Assembly: GCA_964530085.1 (NCBI GenBank)
Contig: CAZGXX010000002.1
Location: 212,725 to 276,724, forward strand
Direction: 5' to 3'
Length of the DNA: 64,000 bases
DNA from: an uncultured Azospirillum sp.
GTDB lineage: Bacteria > Pseudomonadota > Alphaproteobacteria > Rickettsiales > UBA3002
A model generated the notes under the pieces. That model was not told where the DNA came from, made no database searches, and saw only the letters and a list, made by a program, of their open reading frames with translations. A program made the position numbers and the translations under genes. Shown here piece after piece: positions 27,428 through 36,073 of this stretch; within the stretch, counting starts at the first letter, position 1; each line of letters starts with the position of its first letter.

Positions 27428-28225
27428 ATGCAGAATTTCGCCCGATTCTTTTTATTTGCGATCTTGCTAAGCGATACCGCATGGGCAGGCGCTTGGCTGC
27501 AACCGAAGGGGCATGGTTTATTTATTGCGCAAACCACCTATTTTGTCAGTGATGCGTTCTATGACCACAACGGCAAAACACTTACTCAGGAAACCTACCA
27601 GAAATACGAAACACAGCCTTATCTCGAATACGGGCTGCGCGATAACCTCACCGTCGGCGGTACGGGCTATTGGCAGTATTCCAGCCAGTCTGGCAGAGCC
27701 AATACGGGCATTGCCGACCCGGAAATATTTGTGCGCAGCACACTGTGGAGCGACACCACCCAGCGCCTAAGCCTTCAACCTCTCTTCAAATTCAAAAGTC
27801 TTTACAGCAAAGACAGCGCACCCCGCAGCGGCAGCCGCAGCCGCGATGCAGAGCTGTCACTGCTTTATGGGCGCAGCCTGAACTTAGTCAGCCCACGAGA
27901 TTATCTCGACGCGCGGCTGGGCTATCGTTACCGCTCGGGTCAACTTCACGACCAACTGCGGGCGGATATTGCCGTGGGCGTACAAGTCGCCCCCACTATA
28001 CAACTTATCCCGGCCATCCGCGCGCTGAAATCTACACATATCAACGGCGACACGAGCTTCAGTGAGAACGGCGATCAGGATTATGACCTCGTGAAGCTAG
28101 AGCTTGGCAGCAGCTATGCGCTTTCGCCAGAGCGGGCGCTGAGCCTTACCGCGTTTGACCATATCACAGGCCGCCAAACGGGTAGCGGCTTGGGCATAAG
28201 CCTTGGCTACTTGCAGCGATTTTAG
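27428..28225 (+). CDS. predicted outer-membrane beta-barrel protein
   Basis: Signal peptide (AWA-GAW), alternating-strand pattern, C-terminal ...LGYLQRF. 10 nt upstream of the GT2 gene. Confidence 0.55.
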   Translation: MQNFARFFLFAILLSDTAWAGAWLQPKGHGLFIAQTTYFVSDAFYDHNGKTLTQETYQKYETQPYLEYGLRDNLTVGGTGYWQYSSQSGRANTGIADPEIFVRSTLWSDTTQRLSLQPLFKFKSLYSKDSAPRSGSRSRDAELSLLYGRSLNLVSPRDYLDARLGYRYRSGQLHDQLRADIAVGVQVAPTIQLIPAIRALKSTHINGDTSFSENGDQDYDLVKLELGSSYALSPERALSLTAFDHITGRQTGSGLGISLGYLQRF

Positions 28226-28234
28226 GATGATTCC

Positions 28235-29980
28235 ATGAAAGCGCTTGCAACCAATGAACATGATGATTTCCTGGATTTCAGCGCCGCACCGCCAGATGCC
28301 CGCCTCTTTATTCCGCGCAATTTGCCACATTATAACGCACACCGCTATGTTCCCTATGCCCGCACGAAACAGGCATTGATCGTAGCCACATCGCATCCCT
28401 GCCCTACACTTCAAAAAACACTCGAAGATTTTTATGCCACGCCGATACACCTGCTCACCACAGGCCAGCGCGATATCACTGCATATTTCGCTTCTGTGGG
28501 CGCCACGGCAAGCACACGTCGTGCGCGCCTTACTTTGCGGCGGAAACACCCCCATCTCGTGGCCGACCGCACGCTGATACCGCAGCAGCTCTATGGGCTT
28601 CTCTTTCTGGTCGCCCTGCTGTTGGGTGCACTCTTGCTTGCCCCCAAATACAGTTGGCAGGCGATCGTGCTTGCCTGCAATCTTTTTTACCTGACCTCCA
28701 TTGCCGTAAAAATAAACTTCTACAAACAAGGGCGCGCCGCCCTACGCGCACAACGAAAATCCATGCCAAAACTAAGGGAGGAAGTAGCCTCGCTTACGAA
28801 TGAGGTGCTCCCCATCTACACAATTCTGGTGCCGCTTTATCGTGAATCATCCGACGTAATGACACGTCTCATACACAGCTTGAGCGCACTTGATTACCCA
28901 CGCGACAAGCTCGACATCAAATTCATTTGCGAAGGCGACGATCACAGCACCATTGAAGCGCTCAAGGCGCTTCGTCCACCGGGGCTGATGCAGATCATTA
29001 CCGTACCTCCTTCCACCCCCCGCACCAAGCCCAAAGCCTGCAACGTCGCACTCCAGCAAATTCGGGGGGAGTTTCTGGTGATCTTCGATGCAGAAGACGC
29101 ACCTGCACAAGATCAGCTTAAACTTGCAGTCGCCATGTTTCGTGCGGGCAATGCGCATCTTGCTTGCCTGCAAGGATCGCTCAATTATTACAACCGCAAC
29201 GAAAATCTACTGACACAGCTTTTTGCCATCGAATATAGCGCCCTGTTCCGCATTAGCTTGCCGGCGCTGGAACGGCTACGCATGCCCATTCCCCTCGGCG
29301 GCACCAGCAACCATTTGCGGGTTTCCACCCTTGTCGAGGCTGGCGGCTGGGACGCCTTTAACGTGACCGAAGATGCTGATCTTGGCATCCGCCTCGCCTA
29401 TCTCGGCTACGAAACGCGGATGCTGCCGTCACTGACATTGGAAGAAGCGCCCATCACGCTGCGGGCGTGGCTCATGCAGCGCACACGCTGGATCAAGGGC
29501 TATATCCAAACCTGGTTAGTCTATATGCGCGACCCCGGCGAACTCAAGCGCCGCCTTGGCACCACGGGCTATTACGGCTTTCAGTTTTTTGTGGGCGTGC
29601 CGGCGCTGACCTTCCTTCTCGCTCCGATTTTCTGGGCGGTGTTTATCGTTTCACTCACCGGCTATGTCACCGACCGCCTCTCGCCACTGCTCTACACGCT
29701 CTGCGCGATTTCCTTCCTGGGCGGTATTTTCAGCAACTGGCTGTATGCCCGCGCCGTGCTCTACACCGAGGGCTGGCGAGGCATGGAGCGTGCGTTCACC
29801 CTTTATCCGCTATACTGGCTGCTCCATTCCGTTGCCGCCGCGAGGGCGCTGTGGCAACTCGCCACCGACCCGCATTATTGGGATAAAACAACACATGGCG
29901 TGAGTAGAGTCGGCGTTGGAAGAGCTCTAAAACGCAACAGGCTTGACTCGCGCCGTACGAACGATAAGCTGGCGGCATGA
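28235..29980 (+). CDS. membrane-bound processive family-2 glycosyltransferase with an N-terminal T2SS-E_N/MshEN-like domain
   Basis: GT2 motifs (LVPLYRES, FDAEDAP, TEDADLG) and QRTRW (QxxRW). TM helices on both sides. The N-terminal ~90 aa (HRYVPYARTKQALIVATSHP...) resemble the GSPII_E N-terminal fold. Confidence 0.75.
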   Translation: MKALATNEHDDFLDFSAAPPDARLFIPRNLPHYNAHRYVPYARTKQALIVATSHPCPTLQKTLEDFYATPIHLLTTGQRDITAYFASVGATASTRRARLTLRRKHPHLVADRTLIPQQLYGLLFLVALLLGALLLAPKYSWQAIVLACNLFYLTSIAVKINFYKQGRAALRAQRKSMPKLREEVASLTNEVLPIYTILVPLYRESSDVMTRLIHSLSALDYPRDKLDIKFICEGDDHSTIEALKALRPPGLMQIITVPPSTPRTKPKACNVALQQIRGEFLVIFDAEDAPAQDQLKLAVAMFRAGNAHLACLQGSLNYYNRNENLLTQLFAIEYSALFRISLPALERLRMPIPLGGTSNHLRVSTLVEAGGWDAFNVTEDADLGIRLAYLGYETRMLPSLTLEEAPITLRAWLMQRTRWIKGYIQTWLVYMRDPGELKRRLGTTGYYGFQFFVGVPALTFLLAPIFWAVFIVSLTGYVTDRLSPLLYTLCAISFLGGIFSNWLYARAVLYTEGWRGMERAFTLYPLYWLLHSVAAARALWQLATDPHYWDKTTHGVSRVGVGRALKRNRLDSRRTNDKLAA

Positions 29981-30294
29981 ACACACACGCTAAAATCTAT
30001 CAACCTGCAAAAACCGCGATGCAATCCGGCAAAGCCAAAACCCAGCACTGGTTGCTGGAGTTTGAGCGCCCTGCCCCCGGCCGGCCGGATGCGCTGATGG
30101 GCTGGAACACCATGCCCGACACCATCGCGCAGGTGAAGCTGACCTTCGCCACGAAGGAAGAAGCCATCGCCTACGCCACCGCGAAAAACATCCCCTACAT
30201 GGTCAGCGAGCCGAAATCCGCCAGCATCGCCCCCAAGGCTTATGCCGAGAATTTCAGCACCAACCGCCGCAAAGCGTTTGCGGGCAACTGCTAA
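29977..30294 (+). CDS. ETC complex I NDUFS4-like (18-kDa subunit homologue) protein
   Basis: AKIYQPAKTAMQSGKAKTQHWLLEFE...MGWNTMPDT...FATKEEAIAYA, typical of alphaproteobacterial NDUFS4 homologues. Confidence 0.8.
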   Translation: MNTHAKIYQPAKTAMQSGKAKTQHWLLEFERPAPGRPDALMGWNTMPDTIAQVKLTFATKEEAIAYATAKNIPYMVSEPKSASIAPKAYAENFSTNRRKAFAGNC

Positions 30295-30347
30295 TTCGCT
30301 GCTTTTTATCCGCATTTTTCTCTAAAATGGTCTCTTTTAGAGGCTTA

Positions 30348-30381
30348 TTGTCATAAAACTGTCATAAAACTGGCGTATAGT
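30348..30381 (+). promoter_or_regulatory. Pho-box-like direct repeat promoter (class I, 10-nt gap), best copy
   Basis: TTGTCAT-AAAA-CTGTCAT-aaaactggcg-TATAGT. The 11-bp unit tgtcataaaac occurs twice in tandem. 48 nt upstream of the ATG at 30430. Confidence 0.65.
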
Positions 30382-30429
30382 TTATACTGCAAGCCGTAGA
30401 AACGGCGATGCCACGATCAGGAGCACACC

Positions 30430-30690
30430 ATGAAACGCTTTACCGTCCCGTGTGATTTTAATGGCGTAAAACAGCCATTCCACGTTTATATCGGCGAGCC
30501 GCACCCGAAGAAGCACCCGCTGCAATTCCAAGGCTGGTGGCTTTCGAGCGAGCGTGGCGGCAGCATCCCACAGGACGTGATGGACAGCTTCGAGAAGCTC
30601 TTCAAAATCAGTCAGGAGAACGAAGTTTCGTTCGAAGATCTCTGCGTCTACGCCCTCGGCGCCGCGCAGCAGGAACAGCAACAAGGTTAA
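30430..30690 (+). CDS. conserved hypothetical protein (86 aa)
   Basis: ORF with GGAG SD, first gene downstream of the best motif copy. No recognisable catalytic motif. Confidence 0.65.
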   Translation: MKRFTVPCDFNGVKQPFHVYIGEPHPKKHPLQFQGWWLSSERGGSIPQDVMDSFEKLFKISQENEVSFEDLCVYALGAAQQEQQQG

Positions 30691-30705
30691 CCCGCGGAAG
30701 CCCTC

Positions 30706-32877
30706 ATGGCGACGGAAATCACCCCCGATAGCGCAGATCTCCCCACGACCGATGATCTCGGTGCGCTGGAAGGAGCGCTTGCTCAGGCACGCGCCGAGCT
30801 TGGGGCAATGGTGGATGCTGCCTCGGCGGCCGACCAGCTAGCAGACGATTCCGCCGAAGAATATTCCTTACACGAGGTGCCCGGCATCGGCCGTTATGCC
30901 GTGATTCGCAAAACAGGCTGGAACCCACTGCTTAAGGTGATCCACACGCGGGCAGCGAATATCGATTTCTCTTCCAATATGTATCCGGGATTCGATGCGG
31001 TTATCGGCGAAAAATTTCCGAGCCCGTACTTGCTGGATCCGTTGGACGAGAAGTACGAATCTGCGACCTATTGCCACTTGCGCGACAACATCGCCGCCGT
31101 GCGCAACTTCCTTATGGAAACCTATTACGTCAACACCCCTTCGGGCATGACGCCAGAGAAAGCCAGACAATCCCTCGAAGAAATTGCCAAATTCGTTGGG
31201 GAAGGACTCGATAATAACTACCGTTTCCTCGGTCTCGTTCCGAACCATGATCCGAGCAAGCCGTTCATCTCGATCTCGGATGCTTCTGCCACCGGCGGAG
31301 CCGGCGCGCAGTATATCTACGAAAAAATCCTCGAAATGCAGCGCCACTCGAACTGGATGCGTCCGTTTGCCGCTGTTGCTGCCTTGTTTGGCGGAAAGAT
31401 GGCGCCAAACTGGATGCTGCCATCCGCGCACGAAACGGAATTCACGGACGTACTTGGCACCGATATTGTTGATACCCATGGCCAAGCGCCCAATGGCCCC
31501 TCTTCTAGCGAGCTTAAGGCCCAACTCGACAAGGTCAATGCACTTGAAGCGGCTCGTGCAAAAGCAATCGACCAACGCCTCCTCAGCGCCAGCGCGCAAG
31601 ATCTCGATGCACTGGGCAACTCGATGCTGCTTACCGCCTCGACCATGCAAGACGTCACCGCGCTTTCCGAGCCGGTACGCCGCGATGCAATCGAAATCGC
31701 CAAAGACATTCTGCGCAAACTCAGAGTCTCGCTGGGCAATATCAATATTCTCGATGGCCTGAAGCTGCCGCCAAACGACGATATCGAAGCCATCGGCGCG
31801 CTCAAGGGCGTTGCCATGGTCTATCAGCGTTTGCTGGCTTATGGGCGAAGTGTGAACGCAGGCATTATGCAAGACCCGGCAATTCTGGCGGCAACACGCG
31901 CCATTGGGCAAATCGGCTATCTCGCCAAGCTCGAAGGACTACGCATGGCGCGCATCGCAGGCAACGGCAAACTTGCGCAATCGCTAAGCGCCGACCTCGC
32001 ACGTGTGCCGGATGTTTATGCAACCGCCTCGGGCAAAACGTTTGCCAGCCTGCTCGACACGGTTGATCGTGGAATTGATACGATTCTCAACCGTTCGCAG
32101 GCGGTAAGCCTTGGCGGTGCACAGGTGGGGCATACCCCAGGGAAAGAGCTGGGAAGCAGCGTGAATGCCGCCCCAACCGCCGGCGTTTCACAGCAATTGG
32201 CAAGAACGACACAGGTCAACGTGACGCGACAAACGAACCAGCTACTGGCCAACGTCAATGCCAATCAACAAGCGCAAGTCGTGCGGGCGCAGCAGCAACC
32301 ATCGCTCCCCCCCGCACTGGGTGATACCAAAGGCAATATACCGCAGCCAGCACCACAGCAGCGCACGGCGGCTGGGCGCACCCTCCCACCCCAGCGCCAG
32401 AGCACATCTCGAAGCTCAACCAGCGCCAGCACGCCGTCGTCAAACAACCTGAACCCACAGCAGCAACAGGCGGGAGCGCGTAATAATAATATCCAGATGC
32501 AACAGCATCACCACGAGGAAGAAGAAGCGCGCGAGCGGCAGCTCAAGCTGCAGCAACAACAGGAAATGCAACGTATCGCCGCAGCAAAGAAAGCCGCCGC
32601 TCAGGCCGCCGTCAAGAAAATGGATCCGAATATGCTGAAAGGATTCCAGAATGCGACGAACACCAAAGGCCTCACCGGCCCCGCGGTCAACCCCGACCCC
32701 AATGCGAAGAATATGTATGGGCAGCGCCTCAAGGGAACGCCCGTTCAGCCTTCTCCAAAACCACCTATTAAGCCTGAAATGCGTTCACCTGAAAACGCAT
32801 CACAGCCAGTGGACGAGTTCAATAAGCCGCTCACTCCAACGACCAACATGCCTCGTGGCGGTGGCCGCGGGTTTTAA
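30706..32877 (+). CDS. large hypothetical protein (723 aa) with a Gln/Pro/Ser-rich disordered C-terminal third
   Basis: Long ORF with backbone-like composition. Acidic N-terminus, structured ~450-aa core, then a low-complexity region (QQQ..., HHHEEEE, PSPKPPIKP) ending in RGGGRGF. No signal peptide. Convergent with the T4SS island. Confidence 0.7.
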   Translation: MATEITPDSADLPTTDDLGALEGALAQARAELGAMVDAASAADQLADDSAEEYSLHEVPGIGRYAVIRKTGWNPLLKVIHTRAANIDFSSNMYPGFDAVIGEKFPSPYLLDPLDEKYESATYCHLRDNIAAVRNFLMETYYVNTPSGMTPEKARQSLEEIAKFVGEGLDNNYRFLGLVPNHDPSKPFISISDASATGGAGAQYIYEKILEMQRHSNWMRPFAAVAALFGGKMAPNWMLPSAHETEFTDVLGTDIVDTHGQAPNGPSSSELKAQLDKVNALEAARAKAIDQRLLSASAQDLDALGNSMLLTASTMQDVTALSEPVRRDAIEIAKDILRKLRVSLGNINILDGLKLPPNDDIEAIGALKGVAMVYQRLLAYGRSVNAGIMQDPAILAATRAIGQIGYLAKLEGLRMARIAGNGKLAQSLSADLARVPDVYATASGKTFASLLDTVDRGIDTILNRSQAVSLGGAQVGHTPGKELGSSVNAAPTAGVSQQLARTTQVNVTRQTNQLLANVNANQQAQVVRAQQQPSLPPALGDTKGNIPQPAPQQRTAAGRTLPPQRQSTSRSSTSASTPSSNNLNPQQQQAGARNNNIQMQQHHHEEEEARERQLKLQQQQEMQRIAAAKKAAAQAAVKKMDPNMLKGFQNATNTKGLTGPAVNPDPNAKNMYGQRLKGTPVQPSPKPPIKPEMRSPENASQPVDEFNKPLTPTTNMPRGGGRGF

Positions 32878-32892
32878 TTTACTGCGCGGCGC

Positions 32893-33090
32893 TTAGAGAG
32901 AAACGATTCTCGTAGAATCGTGTATCACTTGATTCTCAACCATATCCTTATTCACCGCACGCTTAGGCCCGCAGGGACTATTATCGATCCCCACACAAGG
33001 GCTTTGCTGGGGCCTTACGGTTTCATCCGCACAGGCGCTAAGCGTGGCCAATATTCCAAGCGCGACTAAAAGAGAAAATGTCTTTTTCAT
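32893..33090 (-). CDS. small lipoprotein, VirB7-like candidate
   Basis: Lipobox LSAC at residues 17-20 (MKKTFSLLVALGILATLSAC). 65 aa. AVNK resembles the P-[ILV]-N-K VirB7 motif. Last gene of the virB operon. Confidence 0.45.
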   Translation of the reverse strand: MKKTFSLLVALGILATLSACADETVRPQQSPCVGIDNSPCGPKRAVNKDMVENQVIHDSTRIVSL

Positions 33091-33095
33091 GTGAA

Positions 33096-34424
33096 CTACC
33101 TTCTTCCGCTATGACCACCGGCTTTAGGGTTAGCACCGCCGAGTAATCCCCCGCCACCGGATTTATTTCCTTCAAGCATCTGGCTAAGTTTACCCTGCGT
33201 GTCAAGCGCCACAAAAGCGTTCGATATCTCGCTCGAGATCCGCTCGACGACCGAGGTAAAGCGTTGCGCTAAATAAATGAGAATCAAGAAACTCAAAATA
33301 TCCACAATATTGATCGGAAACTCAGGACATGGCTTTGCATTTGCGCCGGATGAATTGGGCGACAATAAACACTCCATCGAGCCTTTCCAGGTCATTTCTG
33401 TACTGGCAACTTTGGTATTTCCATCAATATGGCGCCACATGGCGAGCTTGTTAGGTGATCCCTCCACGTTTTTGTACTCCTGCCAACAGAGCTCTGTGCC
33501 AAGCATATCGCGCGAAGCACTTTCAATCAGCACGAGGAAGAACGAAAGGAAGGTGAATAACAGAATAGGTTGAAGCGAGAGGTTCACAATCGCGTTGAGC
33601 CACCCCATGAACATCATTTTGGTTTTGTCGAACAACAGGAATACAAAGAAAATTGGCGCAAGACCGAGAATCAGCGCGCGCGCCACAAAAGTGACCGCAT
33701 AGACTTGCAAACATTTCAACACCAACTGAATAAACCCAATCATCGCAATGAGCATCAGCGCGCCCATGGTGAGCCCAAACGGACCTTCAAGCACCGAGCC
33801 CATAATTCCGATGATGGTATCTGGCTGAATAATAAACTCCGCTAGCCTATCGAGCGCATAGAAAGGTGTGGCACCTTGAGGCACGGGTATACCCGTGCCA
33901 ATCGCCTGCACTCCTCGAATCAAATCGTCCGTACCGTCCTGAAAAAAGCGGACGACATTGTCATTGAAAAACTCCCAACCGGTGGGAGAAATAAGCGTAA
34001 ATAGAATCCCCATTTTAATTAAACGCACCAATACTTGCTGGAAGTTCGGTTGCACGATGCCCATGGTGAAGCCGACCCCATATAACACCACCATGAGCGA
34101 CATCGCCCCCATAAGTGCATTTTGGTATTCGGTGCTGTTCGTAAAGGAAACAAAGAGCTTCTGCGTTGCGTCATTCACCGTTTGCACAATGAACTTATAG
34201 ATATCACTCATGATACCATCTTGCTGCGTGCTATTGGGATTATCAAACACCTCCGTCGCGCGCTCGCAGAACGTGGTGCATGTGTCGCCGGAGTTCGTGG
34301 AAGTACTGTTGGCGCTGTTACAGGTTGCAGCGAAAGCCCCCTGCGGTATTGCTACCAGCGCAGCCACCATCAGCAGGCAACAAGCCATTATCTGTAGAGT
34401 GAATTGACGCATCACGAACCTCAT
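33096..34424 (-). CDS. virB6: VirB6/TrbL-family T4SS inner-membrane protein, paralog 3
   Basis: 442 aa. Signal peptide plus 5-6 TM helices in the VirB6 arrangement. ATGA start/stop overlap with the upstream paralog. Confidence 0.7.
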   Translation of the reverse strand: MRFVMRQFTLQIMACCLLMVAALVAIPQGAFAATCNSANSTSTNSGDTCTTFCERATEVFDNPNSTQQDGIMSDIYKFIVQTVNDATQKLFVSFTNSTEYQNALMGAMSLMVVLYGVGFTMGIVQPNFQQVLVRLIKMGILFTLISPTGWEFFNDNVVRFFQDGTDDLIRGVQAIGTGIPVPQGATPFYALDRLAEFIIQPDTIIGIMGSVLEGPFGLTMGALMLIAMIGFIQLVLKCLQVYAVTFVARALILGLAPIFFVFLLFDKTKMMFMGWLNAIVNLSLQPILLFTFLSFFLVLIESASRDMLGTELCWQEYKNVEGSPNKLAMWRHIDGNTKVASTEMTWKGSMECLLSPNSSGANAKPCPEFPINIVDILSFLILIYLAQRFTSVVERISSEISNAFVALDTQGKLSQMLEGNKSGGGGLLGGANPKAGGHSGRR

Positions 34425-36073
34425 TTCTTTGCCGTCGGCGTTGGTGGCGGAGTTTTCGGCACCGCCGTACTAATTTCACCTAAATAATCATGTATGCCGG
34501 ATTTAAACGCGCCTGGGGCACGATTAATAAATTCCTTGTCCTTCGCAGTGCTTGTTACTCTTCCTGCTGCATCACGATCAACGAACTTCTCTGTAAGCGC
34601 TGCTTTTCCGCGTTCAAATGCCGTCGTGAATTTGGTCTCGATCGGTGAATTTGCCGTAAGCGCTGCCCCGGCAATCGATGAGCCAATCATACTCGACACG
34701 CTGCCTTGAACGCCCTTCAGACCCTCCGCAATCAAATAGGCCATCAAGAAAAGCTTGATGCTTTCCATAAATAAATCCGTCATCGCCTTTTTCTTGTCCT
34801 GGAATCCTGAAGAATTTACTTTTGTCACATCAAACGTAGGCGTACTCAGCATAGAACATGCATCCGACCCGCCACTCAAAAGCGGTTGACCCAAGCGCTG
34901 CAAGTATGGGTTCTCAAGCTGTTTCTTTAGATCTGCATCTGTGGATGTACCGCCCGATCCTTTAGATTTAGGATCCCCCGTAATATTCAGGCTACAAGGC
35001 TTTTTATTTTGCTGAAGCGCTTCCTTAAGGATTGGGGCATCAAAAAGCTTCTGCATTTTTGAATCTGGCGCAAACAACAATTTATCATACACCAATAACG
35101 CATACATGGCATACGCCGCGATGATGATTGGCAGCAGCAACCCTGCAAAAATCGCTTTCCACCATTTCTCAAAATAGTCCGATGTAGTTTTTAGCAGCAC
35201 CAATGGCAAAAATAACGGCGCCATAATTAGCATAAGGCACACAATCAGATAGCCATTCATGAAGGCAAGTGCGGTGCGGAATACCAGCATCAATATCGTC
35301 CATAGCACTCCAATCATCGCAAAGAAGACAGCGACACCAAGCGTACCCCCGAAGAAAAACCCACTCAACAAACCGAAAGTACTCGCAACTAAGATCATGT
35401 TTACAGGTTTTGTGCCATTGGGCCCAGTATTGCCAGTCCCGGTGGCGAAACCAAAAAGTTTGCCGAGCACGCAATCCATTTGTTTCCATATCTGGGGGGT
35501 ATTGGCGTCACCGTATTTATTGATGTCGCAATGAAAGGAACTGGAGTTCGGGCCGATCGCATTCGATACAATTTGCACCCCATCTGCCATAACGCCATAC
35601 GCCTTGGGCACAACATGATGGGGTATCAACTGCAACATGCCAATAACAAACGCAATTTTCACAACAAACGAGAATGCCTGCGGGCCAATTTCACGCTCTC
35701 CTTGCAGTACTTTTACGCCAAAAAAGACGATCGCCAAGGTGAGAAAAGCGTAAAATATAGGCTCCATAAAATGGATGAATTGCTCGCTGAAGCTCTCCGT
35801 ACTTTTTTCGATCGTAAAAATCAGGCATGGAATGATGTGCCCAAGCAGCACACCGCCCTTTGCCTCAGGAAGCGTTGAGCATGTCTGCTTGCCACCGTTG
35901 CCGTCTGATGTTTTTAGCTCACGCTCCGTTTGCGTGCCTTTGGGGTCATCATTTAACGCAGACGCGTCTTCGTTAGTTTGGTCAGTAGCCGCCCAAGCAT
36001 GCTGGCTCACAGCAAGCGGTTGCGCGAGATATACCAGCGCGGCGAGTATGAGGAGTGCTAGAAATTGCCTCAT
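34421..36073 (-). CDS. virB6: VirB6/TrbL-family T4SS inner-membrane protein, paralog 2
   Basis: 550 aa. Signal peptide, polytopic core, hydrophilic C-terminal extension. ATGA overlaps at both ends. Confidence 0.75.
   Translation of the reverse strand: MRQFLALLILAALVYLAQPLAVSQHAWAATDQTNEDASALNDDPKGTQTERELKTSDGNGGKQTCSTLPEAKGGVLLGHIIPCLIFTIEKSTESFSEQFIHFMEPIFYAFLTLAIVFFGVKVLQGEREIGPQAFSFVVKIAFVIGMLQLIPHHVVPKAYGVMADGVQIVSNAIGPNSSSFHCDINKYGDANTPQIWKQMDCVLGKLFGFATGTGNTGPNGTKPVNMILVASTFGLLSGFFFGGTLGVAVFFAMIGVLWTILMLVFRTALAFMNGYLIVCLMLIMAPLFLPLVLLKTTSDYFEKWWKAIFAGLLLPIIIAAYAMYALLVYDKLLFAPDSKMQKLFDAPILKEALQQNKKPCSLNITGDPKSKGSGGTSTDADLKKQLENPYLQRLGQPLLSGGSDACSMLSTPTFDVTKVNSSGFQDKKKAMTDLFMESIKLFLMAYLIAEGLKGVQGSVSSMIGSSIAGAALTANSPIETKFTTAFERGKAALTEKFVDRDAAGRVTSTAKDKEFINRAPGAFKSGIHDYLGEISTAVPKTPPPTPTAKK

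Noticed and set aside
30359-30381. Reading the promoter-proximal CTGTCAT half-site simply as a sigma70 -35 element instead of a regulator binding site.
   Set aside because: The gap to the -10 is exactly 10 nt (four sites) or exactly 22 nt (four sites), never the 16-18 nt needed for a -35. The 11-bp-phased duplication of the heptamer also points to a dimeric response-regulator site.
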